From IMG/VR virus record IMGVR_UViG_3300005617_000117, positions 38,815-102,814 of that record: 64,000 nucleotides of DNA. One strand, written 5' to 3'. Position 1 is the stretch's first letter, and each line of letters begins with the position of its first letter. Origin of the DNA: a virus. The position numbers and the translations under genes were made by a program. The notes beneath the pieces are model-generated. The model did not search any database, had not been told where the DNA came from, and saw only the letters and a list, made by a program, of their open reading frames with translations. This document shows positions 9,335 to 19,821 of this stretch, piece after piece.

Positions 9335-10265
9335 AAATGCTAGTGCCTCTCGAATAGAAACGTTCAATACCTGTCTTTTCAAGTATTGGCTTACTTATCA
9401 CGAGAAAGCAAAATTAAAATCTAATTGGGGAGCGACGCACGGCAGTCTACTTCATGACATTTTAGAGAAGTTTGCTAATGGCACAGACAAAGATTGGATG
9501 GATCGTCTATACAAGGGGTATGGCGGAGTATTAATTACCGAAGACAAGTTTGGTGCCAAGATCACTATGGAGTCTCCATTAGCTTGGGCTAAACCAGATG
9601 ATTATGCCAATGTCCAACCAGAATGTGATGGATGCAAATACGCCAAAGATGGCCAGTGCTCTATCAGTTTGCAGAAGTTAGATGCCTTAAAAGGTTGTCC
9701 AAAGGATCTCTTCGATAATAGTATAAGAATCTTAGAGGACGTATTCCGTCGATATGACCCTCTATATTCTAATGCAGAAATGTTGGTTGGTACAGAATAT
9801 AAGATAGAGTTTATGATTCCCGAGACGGAAACTCCACTCATTTGCATATTAGACCTCGTTATAAACCGAGGTAATGGTGTCTTAGAGGTCATCGATTATA
9901 AGTTTGGCAAACACACCAAAGACTTTGATGAGCTAAGCACGGATGTACAAGCAAGAATATGTTCCTACGCTGCCCGCAAAGAATTTATAGAAGACATAAA
10001 TAAAAAGGGGCATAAGTTCACGAATGTATTCTTGACTTTTGATTATTTCTCGAAGGCACCATCGACTGTTGCCTTTACTGCGATTCAGGACAGTGCCACA
10101 GAAAAGTCTCTTATTCTTACTGTGAAGAAAATTAAGAATACGGACGAAGTAACCAGAGTATGTGGCAGCAAAGACCCGAGCACTCAATGGAAGTGTAAAG
10201 CCATGTGCGATCCAGTTGTTTGTAACAAACTATGGAAGGGAAACTTTAAGCTTGAATCTAATTGA
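9324..10265 (+). CDS. PD-(D/E)XK exonuclease, Cas4/AddB/RecB-like
   Basis: SASRI..F..C, GSLLH, TE...ILDLV...VIDYK.G, Q...Y; C-terminal CxxxCxxxxC. Confidence 0.8.
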   Translation: MLIKNASASRIETFNTCLFKYWLTYHEKAKLKSNWGATHGSLLHDILEKFANGTDKDWMDRLYKGYGGVLITEDKFGAKITMESPLAWAKPDDYANVQPECDGCKYAKDGQCSISLQKLDALKGCPKDLFDNSIRILEDVFRRYDPLYSNAEMLVGTEYKIEFMIPETETPLICILDLVINRGNGVLEVIDYKFGKHTKDFDELSTDVQARICSYAARKEFIEDINKKGHKFTNVFLTFDYFSKAPSTVAFTAIQDSATEKSLILTVKKIKNTDEVTRVCGSKDPSTQWKCKAMCDPVVCNKLWKGNFKLESN

Positions 10266-10818
10266 ACACGGCATTAGTCTTAAAAAACGCCGAATATTCC
10301 TTTCGGGGGAATTGGAAGCTGATAATGCGGATACTGTGATGCGAGCACTGATCCGTATGGCAGACATTAGTGCCGACCCAATCGATCTTATAGTGAATTC
10401 TCCAGGCGGAGAACTATACGACGCTTTCGCTATTTATGACATAATGAAGACGGTTCCGAACATTATTAGAACTCTTGCGATTGGTCAATGTCAATCGGCT
10501 GTCCCACTTCTAGTGGCGGCGGGCAGCCCCGGCTTCAGATATAGTTTTCCCAATTGCCATTTTATGGTGCATGACATTTGGATTGAAGGGGCACCGGATG
10601 CAACGGTAGAAGCTGCCGCAAAAGAGTTACGTCATACTAAACAGCTAAGAACAAAGTATTTAGAATTAATGACCGCGAATACCAAGATTGGTATGGTAGA
10701 GTGGAAGAAAATCTGTAGAAAGCCCGGGGACATGTTCTTTGGGCCGAACGAGGCATTGAAGTACGGCATTATTGACAACATAGCAACGAAGGACGTATGG
10801 AATGGCATTAAAACTTAA
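10252..10818 (+). CDS. clpP: ClpP-family protease subunit
   Basis: RRIFLSG, NSPGG, GQCQSA (Ser), FMVH (His), GDMFF (Asp), EALKYGIID. Probable TTG start at 10252 (ORF track starts at 10162). Confidence 0.88.
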   Translation: MNLIEHGISLKKRRIFLSGELEADNADTVMRALIRMADISADPIDLIVNSPGGELYDAFAIYDIMKTVPNIIRTLAIGQCQSAVPLLVAAGSPGFRYSFPNCHFMVHDIWIEGAPDATVEAAAKELRHTKQLRTKYLELMTANTKIGMVEWKKICRKPGDMFFGPNEALKYGIIDNIATKDVWNGIKT

Positions 10819-11425
10819 GATATTCGCTTGCGATAACGATCACAAGATTCTTTCGAGCAGTAAGAACGAAAGCCGTTTCGACAAGGGCAAAATAGTCTGT
10901 GGCACTTGTGGTAAACGCATGTCCGCATTTAAGTCTGCATCTTGGAGTGCTTCTAAGCATTTTCTTTGCGAGCACGGCCACGTTATTACGATCACTCCAT
11001 TTAATAACGGCAATTGCAACCTCTCGTGGGGAGGCAGACAGGGCGAATATACAAATGTTGACAAGACGCCAGAAGAATTTACAGCCCTTTTGAATGAGAA
11101 AAAAGTATTGTGTCCGGTCGGATCTTGCGGATCTAATCTTACATCTTTAGAGGGGAATCATCTAGAAGTTCCCAAGCTATTAGTTGCCAAGACTAGAACA
11201 AGGGTTGGCGACCTATGGGATAGACAAGGATGCCCACGCCCGGTCGCGGGGAGCTACGATAAGAATTATAATTTCCGTGAATCTGAATTTACTCAGCGGA
11301 ATAAAGAGCGAGTTAAGAAGTTAAAAACAAAGCGAAATACCAAGCCTGTTGGAGAAATAATAACGAAGGCCACAGAGAAAAACTACAAGAGCGGCGAAAA
11401 AGCTCCAACAAAAGAAGACCTATGA
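10802..11425 (+). CDS. Multi-Cys/His zinc-ribbon protein
   Basis: CDNDH, CGTC, CEHGH, CPVGSC; basic C-terminus. Confidence 0.55.
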   Translation: MALKLKIFACDNDHKILSSSKNESRFDKGKIVCGTCGKRMSAFKSASWSASKHFLCEHGHVITITPFNNGNCNLSWGGRQGEYTNVDKTPEEFTALLNEKKVLCPVGSCGSNLTSLEGNHLEVPKLLVAKTRTRVGDLWDRQGCPRPVAGSYDKNYNFRESEFTQRNKERVKKLKTKRNTKPVGEIITKATEKNYKSGEKAPTKEDL

Positions 11426-14400
11426 AATCATTTACACACTTACATCTACATTCTAGAGCGTCTTTCTTGGACGCATCTTGCTCACCAGAAGCCATTGCCA
11501 AGGCGGCAAAAGACGCCGGGATGGCTTCTATTGCTATTACTGACCACAATAACCTATTCAATGCAATTCCTTTTTACAAGGCTTGTCAGAAGCAAGGAAT
11601 AAAGCCTATTCTTGGTATTGAATTAAACGTCGTTGAAGATTGTGCCGAGAGTATCCAGCTAAAGACCAAAGATGTATATCATGTAGTTTTGCTGGCAGAA
11701 AATAACGTTGGCTGGAATAATATCATTAAGATGGTAAATCTTGCTAACGACGAGAAGCATTTTTATTATTCACCACGCATTGATTTTAAGATTCTAGAAA
11801 GTCATAAAGACGGCGTTATTCTACTGACATCTTGTCATAGTGGTATTCTGGCAAAAAATATCGTCTTTAATGACGATGGAGAAGTAAGCAATACATTCAA
11901 GGCAGAAGCAATCACAAGAAAGCTTCTTAGTATTTTTGACAGAGATCACTTCTATATTGAAGTACAAGACCTCAAGGAATCAAAATATCTAAAGATTAAC
12001 GAGGCACTTCGTAAAGTTGGTATGAAATACGGTATTAAAACCGTCGCCACGAATGATGTTCATTACGTTGAATCTAAAGATGCCGAAGCCCATAAAGCCC
12101 TGCGTAAGATGGCAGAGTTTCAGTACAATAGAATGAGCGGCAGTTCTTTTGAGACGGACGAATATTATCTCAAAACGCGAACGGAAATGGATGGCCTTAC
12201 GTTCTCAGAAGAAGAGAAAGACTTAACCAATGATATTGCCAATAGATGCAATGTCACAATTAACTTTGCCGAAAAAAGGCTACCATCTTACGGCTTCTTA
12301 CCAGAAGGTAAGACTGCCATGCAAACTTTACGAGAGACAGTTAAAACAGCTACACACGATTGGGCTCCAGATTATCAGGCAAGGCTCGAAAGAGAGCTTA
12401 AGGACATTGAGACGCTCGGCTTTGCCGATTATTTCTTAATTGTTGCCGACGTAGTGAATTGGGCGAAAACTCAAAATATGCTTGTTGGTCCTGGACGTGG
12501 CTCGGCTGGCGGCAGTCTTGTAAGTTATGCACTAGGCGTTACGAATATTAATCCTATGAAATATGGGCTCATTTGGGAGCGATTCCTTAACGTTGGTCGC
12601 AAGAGTCTACCAGATATTGATACAGACTTCCCTCGTTCTCAGCGGGCCGCAGTGATCGATTATATTAAAGCTAGATTCGGTCACGAAAAGGTAACACAGT
12701 TGGCAACCTTCAATAAATTGGCTGCCCGTGCCGTACTTAAAGAAGTCTTTAAGATTTATGGTATGCCGTTCGATGAGGCCAACATTATTACATCGCTTTT
12801 GCCTCTTAAAAATGACGAGCACTCACAGATTACGCTCGATGAAGCGATTACAATGGTGCCAGAATTAAAAGCATATGAGGACAAGTACAAGGCTTGGTTT
12901 TCCGTTGCAAGGGCTCTAGAGGGCTGCTACAAGTCCCTTGGCACGCACGCCGCCGCCGTCGTAATCTCCAACAAGAACTTCTCTGAGGGCGAATATCCGC
13001 TATGCCGCTCCTCGGACGATAAGTCATTAATTTTCGCCTGGGACATGCAGGCCGTAGATGATCTTGGTCTACTTAAGTTGGACGTACTAGGCTTATCCAC
13101 CCTTGATATTATTCAGGATACTTTGGATATTGCAAACAAACGTCACAATCTAAATATAACTCTTGATACCATTCCCCTCGATGATGAAAAGACGTTTACT
13201 CTCTTGGCCGAAGGCAAGACGGTTGGAGTATTCCAGCTAGAAAAGCAACTAGGTAGAACTTGGAGCAAGCAACTTGCACCAAAATCAATCGAAGAGATTT
13301 CGGACTTAGTTTCGCTCATTCGCCCTGGGCCGATGGAATCAAAGATGCATGAAATGTATAGGGACGTAAAGGCTGGCGAACGAATGCCAGATTACGTGCA
13401 TCATTCCCTAAAACCAATTTTGGACCCGACTTACGGTGCTCTACTTTATCAGGAACAGGTAATTGAGATTTGTAAAGTCTTAGCCGGTATGTCTCTGATC
13501 GACGCCGACTTAGTAAGAAAGGCGATGGGTAAAAAGAAGCCCGAAGAAATGCGTAAGTGGCAGAAGACGTTCGTAGATGGCTGTGTAAAGAATAGCATTC
13601 CAGAGGATGCCGCCGAACAGATTTGGTCTTATATCGACAAATTCTCTGGATACGGCTTTAACAAGTCGCACGGAATCGGCTATGCCCTACTGGCTTATTA
13701 CACGGCTTATTTAAAGGCCAACTACACGGTTGAATTTGTTTGTGCCAACCTTAAGAATAGCGAAGGGGCCCAAGACACTCTTGAAGACATTAATCAATTC
13801 GTTCACGACAGCAAGCTCTTTAACATTGAGATAACGCCGCCTCGTATCGAGCAGGGCAATTCGGATTTCGAGATTACTAGTGATAATAAGATTGCCTTTG
13901 GTCTATCCTTCTTAAAGGGGGCTGGCGAAAAAGGCATTGATAATGCCCGTCGAGCTTATGCAGCTATGCCTAAATCCGACATTCACAATTTCATATTTCA
14001 GGCTTACGAGACAAGCGTGAATCGCAGAGTCATGGAATCTCTTATTTATAGCGGGGCTCTTGATTCGTTTGGCATGTCTAGAAGTCAAGCCTACGCTCAC
14101 TTCAATCTATATGAATCCCTAACCCCCGCTGAAAGAAAGATTATTACAGACCATCCAGAATATGCGTGGGTCAATGTTGTGAAGGCCCTGGCGGATGATG
14201 TGCGTTCAGTTGCCATGAAAGAACAGTGGCAAGTTAAAATTCCCAACGTTAGACGCCGAGCGACATTACGCGAACTACTAAAAGAGTATGATGCGAGCGA
14301 CACATTCGACGGCTTCGTATCTAAGATTGGTTGGGAAAAGACGTATCTTGGTATTGCTCTCAGCGGAGACGAAACAAGTTTATTTGTGTCCAAGAATAAA

Positions 14401-14676
14401 TGCAGCGATATCATAAACTTTGGTGGAGAGGATATGCCCATCGAAGTTATTGTGAGAATTGAGAATATTAAAAAGGTATTAACAAAGACAAAGCAAGAAG
14501 AAATGGCGTTCTTAACAGTTACAGATAATACAGCTAAATTAGATAACTTTGTTGTGTTCCCGCGAGCCTGGAACTATATTAAGAATGCCATATTAATTGG
14601 TAATATTGCTAGAATTAAAGGCAAAATAGATAAGCGGGGATCTGTTCTAGTGGATAGGTTGGAGCGTGTAAGATGA
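11422..14676 (+). CDS. dnaE: DNA polymerase III alpha subunit (family C)
   Basis: PHP domain HLHLHS/TDHN/NDVHY, GRGSAGGS, PDIDTD, KLDVLGL, GVFQLE, RPGP, YGFNKSH, C-terminal OB fold. Confidence 0.96.
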   Translation: MKSFTHLHLHSRASFLDASCSPEAIAKAAKDAGMASIAITDHNNLFNAIPFYKACQKQGIKPILGIELNVVEDCAESIQLKTKDVYHVVLLAENNVGWNNIIKMVNLANDEKHFYYSPRIDFKILESHKDGVILLTSCHSGILAKNIVFNDDGEVSNTFKAEAITRKLLSIFDRDHFYIEVQDLKESKYLKINEALRKVGMKYGIKTVATNDVHYVESKDAEAHKALRKMAEFQYNRMSGSSFETDEYYLKTRTEMDGLTFSEEEKDLTNDIANRCNVTINFAEKRLPSYGFLPEGKTAMQTLRETVKTATHDWAPDYQARLERELKDIETLGFADYFLIVADVVNWAKTQNMLVGPGRGSAGGSLVSYALGVTNINPMKYGLIWERFLNVGRKSLPDIDTDFPRSQRAAVIDYIKARFGHEKVTQLATFNKLAARAVLKEVFKIYGMPFDEANIITSLLPLKNDEHSQITLDEAITMVPELKAYEDKYKAWFSVARALEGCYKSLGTHAAAVVISNKNFSEGEYPLCRSSDDKSLIFAWDMQAVDDLGLLKLDVLGLSTLDIIQDTLDIANKRHNLNITLDTIPLDDEKTFTLLAEGKTVGVFQLEKQLGRTWSKQLAPKSIEEISDLVSLIRPGPMESKMHEMYRDVKAGERMPDYVHHSLKPILDPTYGALLYQEQVIEICKVLAGMSLIDADLVRKAMGKKKPEEMRKWQKTFVDGCVKNSIPEDAAEQIWSYIDKFSGYGFNKSHGIGYALLAYYTAYLKANYTVEFVCANLKNSEGAQDTLEDINQFVHDSKLFNIEITPPRIEQGNSDFEITSDNKIAFGLSFLKGAGEKGIDNARRAYAAMPKSDIHNFIFQAYETSVNRRVMESLIYSGALDSFGMSRSQAYAHFNLYESLTPAERKIITDHPEYAWVNVVKALADDVRSVAMKEQWQVKIPNVRRRATLRELLKEYDASDTFDGFVSKIGWEKTYLGIALSGDETSLFVSKNKCSDIINFGGEDMPIEVIVRIENIKKVLTKTKQEEMAFLTVTDNTAKLDNFVVFPRAWNYIKNAILIGNIARIKGKIDKRGSVLVDRLERVR

Positions 14677-14912
14677 CACAATACGAATATAAAATTGTCG
14701 AACTCGAATTACCAGAGGATCTAAGTGCTGCTGTTGCACACGCCTTCCTGGGCAATCCGTTAAATCCACAACAGCGTCAGAGTTTGAATACGTTTGTAGA
14801 AAAGAAATTAAACGAATTAGGTAAAAATGGCTGGCTACTGCATAATAGTGGATTAGCTACTATACCAACTTTACTGGTTTACAAAACCAAAGGAGCAAGA
14901 AATGTCAGATAA
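14673..14912 (+). CDS. DUF4177-like small protein
   Basis: QYEYKIV...LNELGKNGW pattern. Confidence 0.6.
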   Translation: MTQYEYKIVELELPEDLSAAVAHAFLGNPLNPQQRQSLNTFVEKKLNELGKNGWLLHNSGLATIPTLLVYKTKGARNVR

Positions 14913-15315
14913 GATTGTACAAACCCTAACAGGTCGTATTTTTAAGGAGCCAACTACTACAGAGAAGGCTATTCGTGTAGAAGTTGTTTCTAATCTATAT
15001 GACCGTCAGCAGGACGGCTCTGCCGGATCTCACCCACTTTACACGACCATTATCCTAACTGGTGGTCTTATGAAGCTATGGGCCGGTCGCATGGGAGAAC
15101 TCGTCAAGGGTGCTCGCGTAAGCGTCACGGGCGATTGGAACTTCTCACTCTTCCAGAAGCGAGACAATACGCCGGGATTCTCGGGCTCACTTTTCCCGCT
15201 TATCTTTGAAGTCAATCCTCCACGTTCACAGTCAACGGGAACCACGGAAGCGGCCCCCGCTGCTGCTGCCGCTGCTACGACTCAGGGTCCGAAGGAAGAT
15301 GACCTACCTTTCTAA
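14902..15315 (+). CDS. ssb: Single-stranded DNA-binding protein
   Basis: OB-fold pattern (LTGRI.KEP, KGARVSVTG), low-complexity linker, acidic DDLPF tail. Confidence 0.8.
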   Translation: MSDKIVQTLTGRIFKEPTTTEKAIRVEVVSNLYDRQQDGSAGSHPLYTTIILTGGLMKLWAGRMGELVKGARVSVTGDWNFSLFQKRDNTPGFSGSLFPLIFEVNPPRSQSTGTTEAAPAAAAAATTQGPKEDDLPF

Positions 15316-15715
15316 TCTGATTCAGAACATAGCCAAAGATATTTGCCGCTGTAATCACTGTTCCGGTCTATTTGACGACCTCTGCCAAATAGGTGCATTG
15401 ACAGCAGATAAACTAGCACATAAATCTAGTCCGTATATTGCGATATCGGTTCGGCGTGCCATGTTAAAAGCGGTCCCTCAGAGACAGCCGGAGTCTCTTG
15501 GGGACCGTGATTATGCAGATACTCGCGGGATAGATTTAAGTCCCGAATTTTACATTAATGATTTAATAGCATCTGACCAAGAACGAAGTATTTTCATACA
15601 GCATTATTTATACAATGTTTCCGTCGATAAGATCGCGGAAGCCACCAAAATGTCTGTCAGTGCTATCTATAGAATACTATCTCGTTTAAGGAAGGATCTT
15701 GTTAATGCCATCTAA
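15299..15715 (+). CDS. Small sigma-70/ECF-like factor
   Basis: Region-2-like FDDLCQIG...YIAISVRRAM and region-4 HTH (ERSIFIQHY...SVDKIAEATKMSVSAIYRILSR). Probable start 15299. Confidence 0.6.
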   Translation: MTYLSNLIQNIAKDICRCNHCSGLFDDLCQIGALTADKLAHKSSPYIAISVRRAMLKAVPQRQPESLGDRDYADTRGIDLSPEFYINDLIASDQERSIFIQHYLYNVSVDKIAEATKMSVSAIYRILSRLRKDLVNAI

Positions 15716-17510
15716 GACTAGAATTCTATTCGTCGGTGAAGCCTCCTGTCTATCTACCGGATTCTCGACATACTATAGAGAATTACTACCTCGTCTGGTC
15801 GCTACAGGAAAATACGAGATTGCAGAGTTGGGCAGTTATATTCGTCCCGACGATCCATTAGCAATTAACTTCGTTGCTGGTCGTTGGAAATTCTATGGCG
15901 TCATGCCCACTAACGATCAAGAAAATCACATCTACAGTCAGCCCTCTAGCAATCCCCGCGACAAAGGACAGAACATTAATCAGTTCGGGGCATGGAAATT
16001 TGACGCAGCCGTAGCGGATTTCAAGCCAGATATCGTTATCGATATTCGTGACAATTGGATGCTTACGTGGCAATTACGTTCTCCATTTAGAAAATGGATG
16101 AAATTGGTTTGGATGCCTACGGTTGACGCCGAACCACAGCACGAAGATTGGATTGCTGACTACGAACAGGCCGATATCATTCTTTCATACTCAGATTATG
16201 GCATTAACACGTTGATGCGTCAGAGCCAGAAAATGAAAGTATTTCCCCGTCCAATGCGGCCGGGTGTAGATATTGAAGGCTTCAAGCCAGAGGATCGAGA
16301 GATTATTCGAGCCAAGTATGGCATTAAGTCGGACATTCCTGTGATTGGCACAGTGATGCGAAATCAGTCTCGAAAGCTATATCCCGATCTACTAGACGCA
16401 TTTTCACGTATGAAGAAGAAGTACGCGGGAGAATCGGTAGTAGATAAATCAGTTCTTCTCTTGCATTCTTGCTGGCCAGACAATGCCTTTAGTTACGATT
16501 ACCCTCGCCATATCATGAGACTCCAGGGATATCCTTGGATGCAAAATCATTTCAAGGGCATTAAAAACTCTATCCTACAGACATTCATGTGCCATGACGA
16601 TGCGTGTAGAAAGAATCATATTGGTTATGCAATGGCAATTCACGGCCGACCAATTCAGCAAAATGTTGTGCCGATGCCATGTCCGCACTGCGGCAAGAAT
16701 AGTGCCACTTGCCCAACCACGGGCAAAGGTTTTAACCGCGAAGCCCTTTCAGAAGTTTATAACTTAATGGATCTGTATGTGCAGTGTTCGATTTGCGAGG
16801 GTGACGGAATGCCAATTCAAGAAGCTAAGGCTTGTGGCGTTCCGACTCTTGTAATGGATTACACGGCAATGCGTGAAAAGGGACGATTCCCGCAAGAATA
16901 TATGCATTTCGCAAAGCACAAAATTACGCCCGAAACTTATGGGGTTCATAAGGGCGGCGAAGTTATTAAGGTCCAGCGTTATTATTACGAACCAGAAACT
17001 TCTTGCATGAGGGCTTTACCCGACATTGATGATATGGCTACAAAGATGCGAGACATTTTGACGGATAAAGAAAGACACGCCAAGATGAAATTAGAAGCCC
17101 GTCAGTGCGTTGAAGAAGTATATGACTGGAATAAGCTATCGAAGCAATGGGAGTTCTTACTTGATAGTATCAAGCCCAAGGATCGTACGAATACTTGGGA
17201 TAGTCCAATCGTTGTCCATGAGAAAGTAAAGCCGCCAACACCGCCCGACAATTTAAGTGACGAAGCATATGTAGAATGGCTATATCTCAACATCATGAAA
17301 TATTCAGCAGTTGATACGGTCGGTGCTCAAATGTGGATGCATCACCTTAAGAGTGGCGTCACTCGTCAGCAACTTCTAGATCAGTTCGTTAAGCTTTCGT
17401 CTGACCAAGAAGGCGAAGATAATTCGCGTCAGAAGATTAGAGAACAAATTGCAATTGCCAAGGGCGAGACAGTAAAAACCTCCGACAAGCCAGCGATGGA
17501 GTTCGTATAA
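15705..17510 (+). CDS. GT4 (GT-B) glycosyltransferase with Cys-rich insert and C-terminal DUF4214-like domain
   Basis: TGF N-terminal motif, RNQSRK, DLYV..SICEGDGMPIQEAKACGVP, YDW; C-terminal LSDEAYVEWLY...D..G...W...L.SG.TR. Confidence 0.85.
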   Translation: MPSKTRILFVGEASCLSTGFSTYYRELLPRLVATGKYEIAELGSYIRPDDPLAINFVAGRWKFYGVMPTNDQENHIYSQPSSNPRDKGQNINQFGAWKFDAAVADFKPDIVIDIRDNWMLTWQLRSPFRKWMKLVWMPTVDAEPQHEDWIADYEQADIILSYSDYGINTLMRQSQKMKVFPRPMRPGVDIEGFKPEDREIIRAKYGIKSDIPVIGTVMRNQSRKLYPDLLDAFSRMKKKYAGESVVDKSVLLLHSCWPDNAFSYDYPRHIMRLQGYPWMQNHFKGIKNSILQTFMCHDDACRKNHIGYAMAIHGRPIQQNVVPMPCPHCGKNSATCPTTGKGFNREALSEVYNLMDLYVQCSICEGDGMPIQEAKACGVPTLVMDYTAMREKGRFPQEYMHFAKHKITPETYGVHKGGEVIKVQRYYYEPETSCMRALPDIDDMATKMRDILTDKERHAKMKLEARQCVEEVYDWNKLSKQWEFLLDSIKPKDRTNTWDSPIVVHEKVKPPTPPDNLSDEAYVEWLYLNIMKYSAVDTVGAQMWMHHLKSGVTRQQLLDQFVKLSSDQEGEDNSRQKIREQIAIAKGETVKTSDKPAMEFV

Positions 17511-18766
17511 TGAAGATTTGCTTTACTGGTCCTCTATTAGACTTTTCTGGCTTTGCCACGGCCTCACGAAACTTTTTGCAAGCCATTGTATTGGCCTCAA
17601 AAGAAGCAAACGCAGAAGTTGTTGCTCGTGCTCTACGCTACGATATGCCAGACCCAGGAGCAGAATATAAACCAGATGCTTGGCTGCTAGACGCTTTAAA
17701 GGGGTCGTTGCAAGATGTAGACTTTTTAATTCAGGCGACTACATGTAATATTGAGGCGGTCCCGAAGCCTGGGATTCTAAATGCCCTTTATACTTTCTTT
17801 GAACTTGATAGAATTCCTCCAGCCTGGGCGGCAAAAGCAAACGAATTTGATCTTTTGATTGTGCCATGCCAATATAATGCCCACATGCTTATGCGATGTG
17901 GCGTTACAAAACCAATTTTTATTATTCAACCGCCCACTGACATTAGTAGATATGACACATTCTTAAAGCCGGTAGCAGATCCTATGTTGCCCGATTTGGC
18001 CAACAAAACAGTCTTCTATAATATTTGTCAACTTTCTGGCAAGAAAGGTATTGACGCTCTTCTAAGAGCATACTACGCGGCGTTTGCAGATATGCCCGAC
18101 GATGTTGTGCTAATCCTTAAAACATATATTAATATGGGCAATCGCCATAATGATTTAAATATGGTGAAGGATTTTATCAAACGAGTAAAGACCGCATGTC
18201 GCATTCCTTTAGAAAAATTACCGCCAGTGCTTCCAATAACGCAAATCATGAGCGACGATCAAATTCGCGGCATACATGCGAAATGTCACGCCTACGTAAA
18301 TTCTTCACGAGCAGAAGGCTTTTGTCTACCGGCGTTTGACGCACTAGGCTTCGGCAAAACGCTGATTACTAATGCGTTCGGTGGAATGGCAGAATACGCT
18401 AATGACAAGACGGCCCTAGTTTATGGCGGCTGTATATCAAACGTCTACGACGTTCCGCACGGCGACCAATTCTTGTATACTGGTCTAGCACGATGGTTTG
18501 AACCTTCCACCGCCCATATGTCCGATTTGATGAGATCATTTCATATGCTCCGTAAAGGTGCAGAAGCCAACCAACTGAATGACGAAAATAAAACTGCTTG
18601 GAATGGTATCTTAGAGAGGCAACGTAATGGTGTCGAACTAACACAGAAGTATTGTTTGCGGAAGAACGGGCCCGCTATTTTAGGACTTCTATTACAAGGC
18701 TATGCTTCTTGGAAACAGTTTGGTAAATTAGTAATGCCGAAGCAGGAGAATCAGCCCAATGAATAA
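17510..18766 (+). CDS. GT4 glycosyltransferase
   Basis: SGFATA, FE, KKGID.LLRAY, SRAEGFCLPAFDALGFGK. Confidence 0.85.
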   Translation: MKICFTGPLLDFSGFATASRNFLQAIVLASKEANAEVVARALRYDMPDPGAEYKPDAWLLDALKGSLQDVDFLIQATTCNIEAVPKPGILNALYTFFELDRIPPAWAAKANEFDLLIVPCQYNAHMLMRCGVTKPIFIIQPPTDISRYDTFLKPVADPMLPDLANKTVFYNICQLSGKKGIDALLRAYYAAFADMPDDVVLILKTYINMGNRHNDLNMVKDFIKRVKTACRIPLEKLPPVLPITQIMSDDQIRGIHAKCHAYVNSSRAEGFCLPAFDALGFGKTLITNAFGGMAEYANDKTALVYGGCISNVYDVPHGDQFLYTGLARWFEPSTAHMSDLMRSFHMLRKGAEANQLNDENKTAWNGILERQRNGVELTQKYCLRKNGPAILGLLLQGYASWKQFGKLVMPKQENQPNE

Positions 18767-19793
18767 TATTATGTATGTGGCACAGATGTCAAGCATAACG
18801 CAACGTATCAATAATCCTATAAAGCTAGTACAGTGCATTCAGATGCATAACGAGGCGGAATTCGCCCCAATCGTTCTAAAATCCATCTACGACGAGGTTG
18901 ACCAGATTATTGTTATTGAGGGGGCGGTTGCCAATCGTCCCAACTCTACGCCAGATGGGCACTCCATAGATAATACCTGGGAGATCATCCAAGATTTTAA
19001 AGTCAATCATGATCCTAAAAAGAAAATTCTGGCCGTCAGGATAAAGAAGCCCTGGAAGAATCTAGAAGAACTAAAGCAGACATTTATCGAACTTACTGTA
19101 GATGGCGACTGGCTAATAATTAACGACGCCGATGAAATTTATCGCCCCGAAGATATCCGCCGGGTACGGCAGGCAATTGAGCTACATCCGCACGCTTGCG
19201 AGATTGTTCCCACCTTTCTCCACTTTTACAGGGACTTTAAGCACGTATATGCTCCGGCCCCCGAATGGCAACCGCAGCATCAGAGAATTTTTAAGCGAAT
19301 CAATGGGATGAAATATAACAGTCACCCAATTGTTACACTGCCCGATGGACATTGCAGCTACTTCTCATCACATATGCAGCATCGTCGCTATCTGATCGAT
19401 AAGTTCTTTATCTTCCATTATGGCTATGCTCGATCCAATATGGATAAGATCATGACCGAGAAACAGGAATACTACAAGAAGGAGCTAGCTAATCACGCCA
19501 GGGCCGATGTCAAGTTTGACGCAAAGGTAAAAGAATGGGTCGGTCGTCTTGAGCCAGATGCCAACATTCTATCGTTCCCACTAGACCAGCATCCGGCTGT
19601 CGTACGGGAACACCCTATGTTCCACTTTGAGGATGCAGTTTTTGCCAAGAAGCAATTCAAGCCCTGGACAGAAGATCGTCTATATTCACAGGTTTTGAAC
19701 AATCAACCTTATGGCAATATTTGGCTATGCATGAATGGCATGGCCGCTCCAGCAATGTCACTTTTCCATAATCAGATTAGTTTATTATCTTAG
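18759..19793 (+). CDS. GT2/GT-A-fold glycosyltransferase
   Basis: HNEA, IIVIEG, S.DNT, DWLIINDADE (DxD), HYGY. Confidence 0.75.
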   Translation: MNNIMYVAQMSSITQRINNPIKLVQCIQMHNEAEFAPIVLKSIYDEVDQIIVIEGAVANRPNSTPDGHSIDNTWEIIQDFKVNHDPKKKILAVRIKKPWKNLEELKQTFIELTVDGDWLIINDADEIYRPEDIRRVRQAIELHPHACEIVPTFLHFYRDFKHVYAPAPEWQPQHQRIFKRINGMKYNSHPIVTLPDGHCSYFSSHMQHRRYLIDKFFIFHYGYARSNMDKIMTEKQEYYKKELANHARADVKFDAKVKEWVGRLEPDANILSFPLDQHPAVVREHPMFHFEDAVFAKKQFKPWTEDRLYSQVLNNQPYGNIWLCMNGMAAPAMSLFHNQISLLS

Positions 19794-19821
19794 CGGGATT
19801 TTAAACTAATGGAGAAGGAAG

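Noticed and set aside
5357-14676. Inteins or introns in RecA, DnaB, DnaE
   Set aside because: Lengths are normal, no C...HN splice motifs are visible and the frames are uninterrupted.
15250-15280. GCT trinucleotide run
   Set aside because: It encodes the poly-Ala linker of SSB and is not a separate repeat element.
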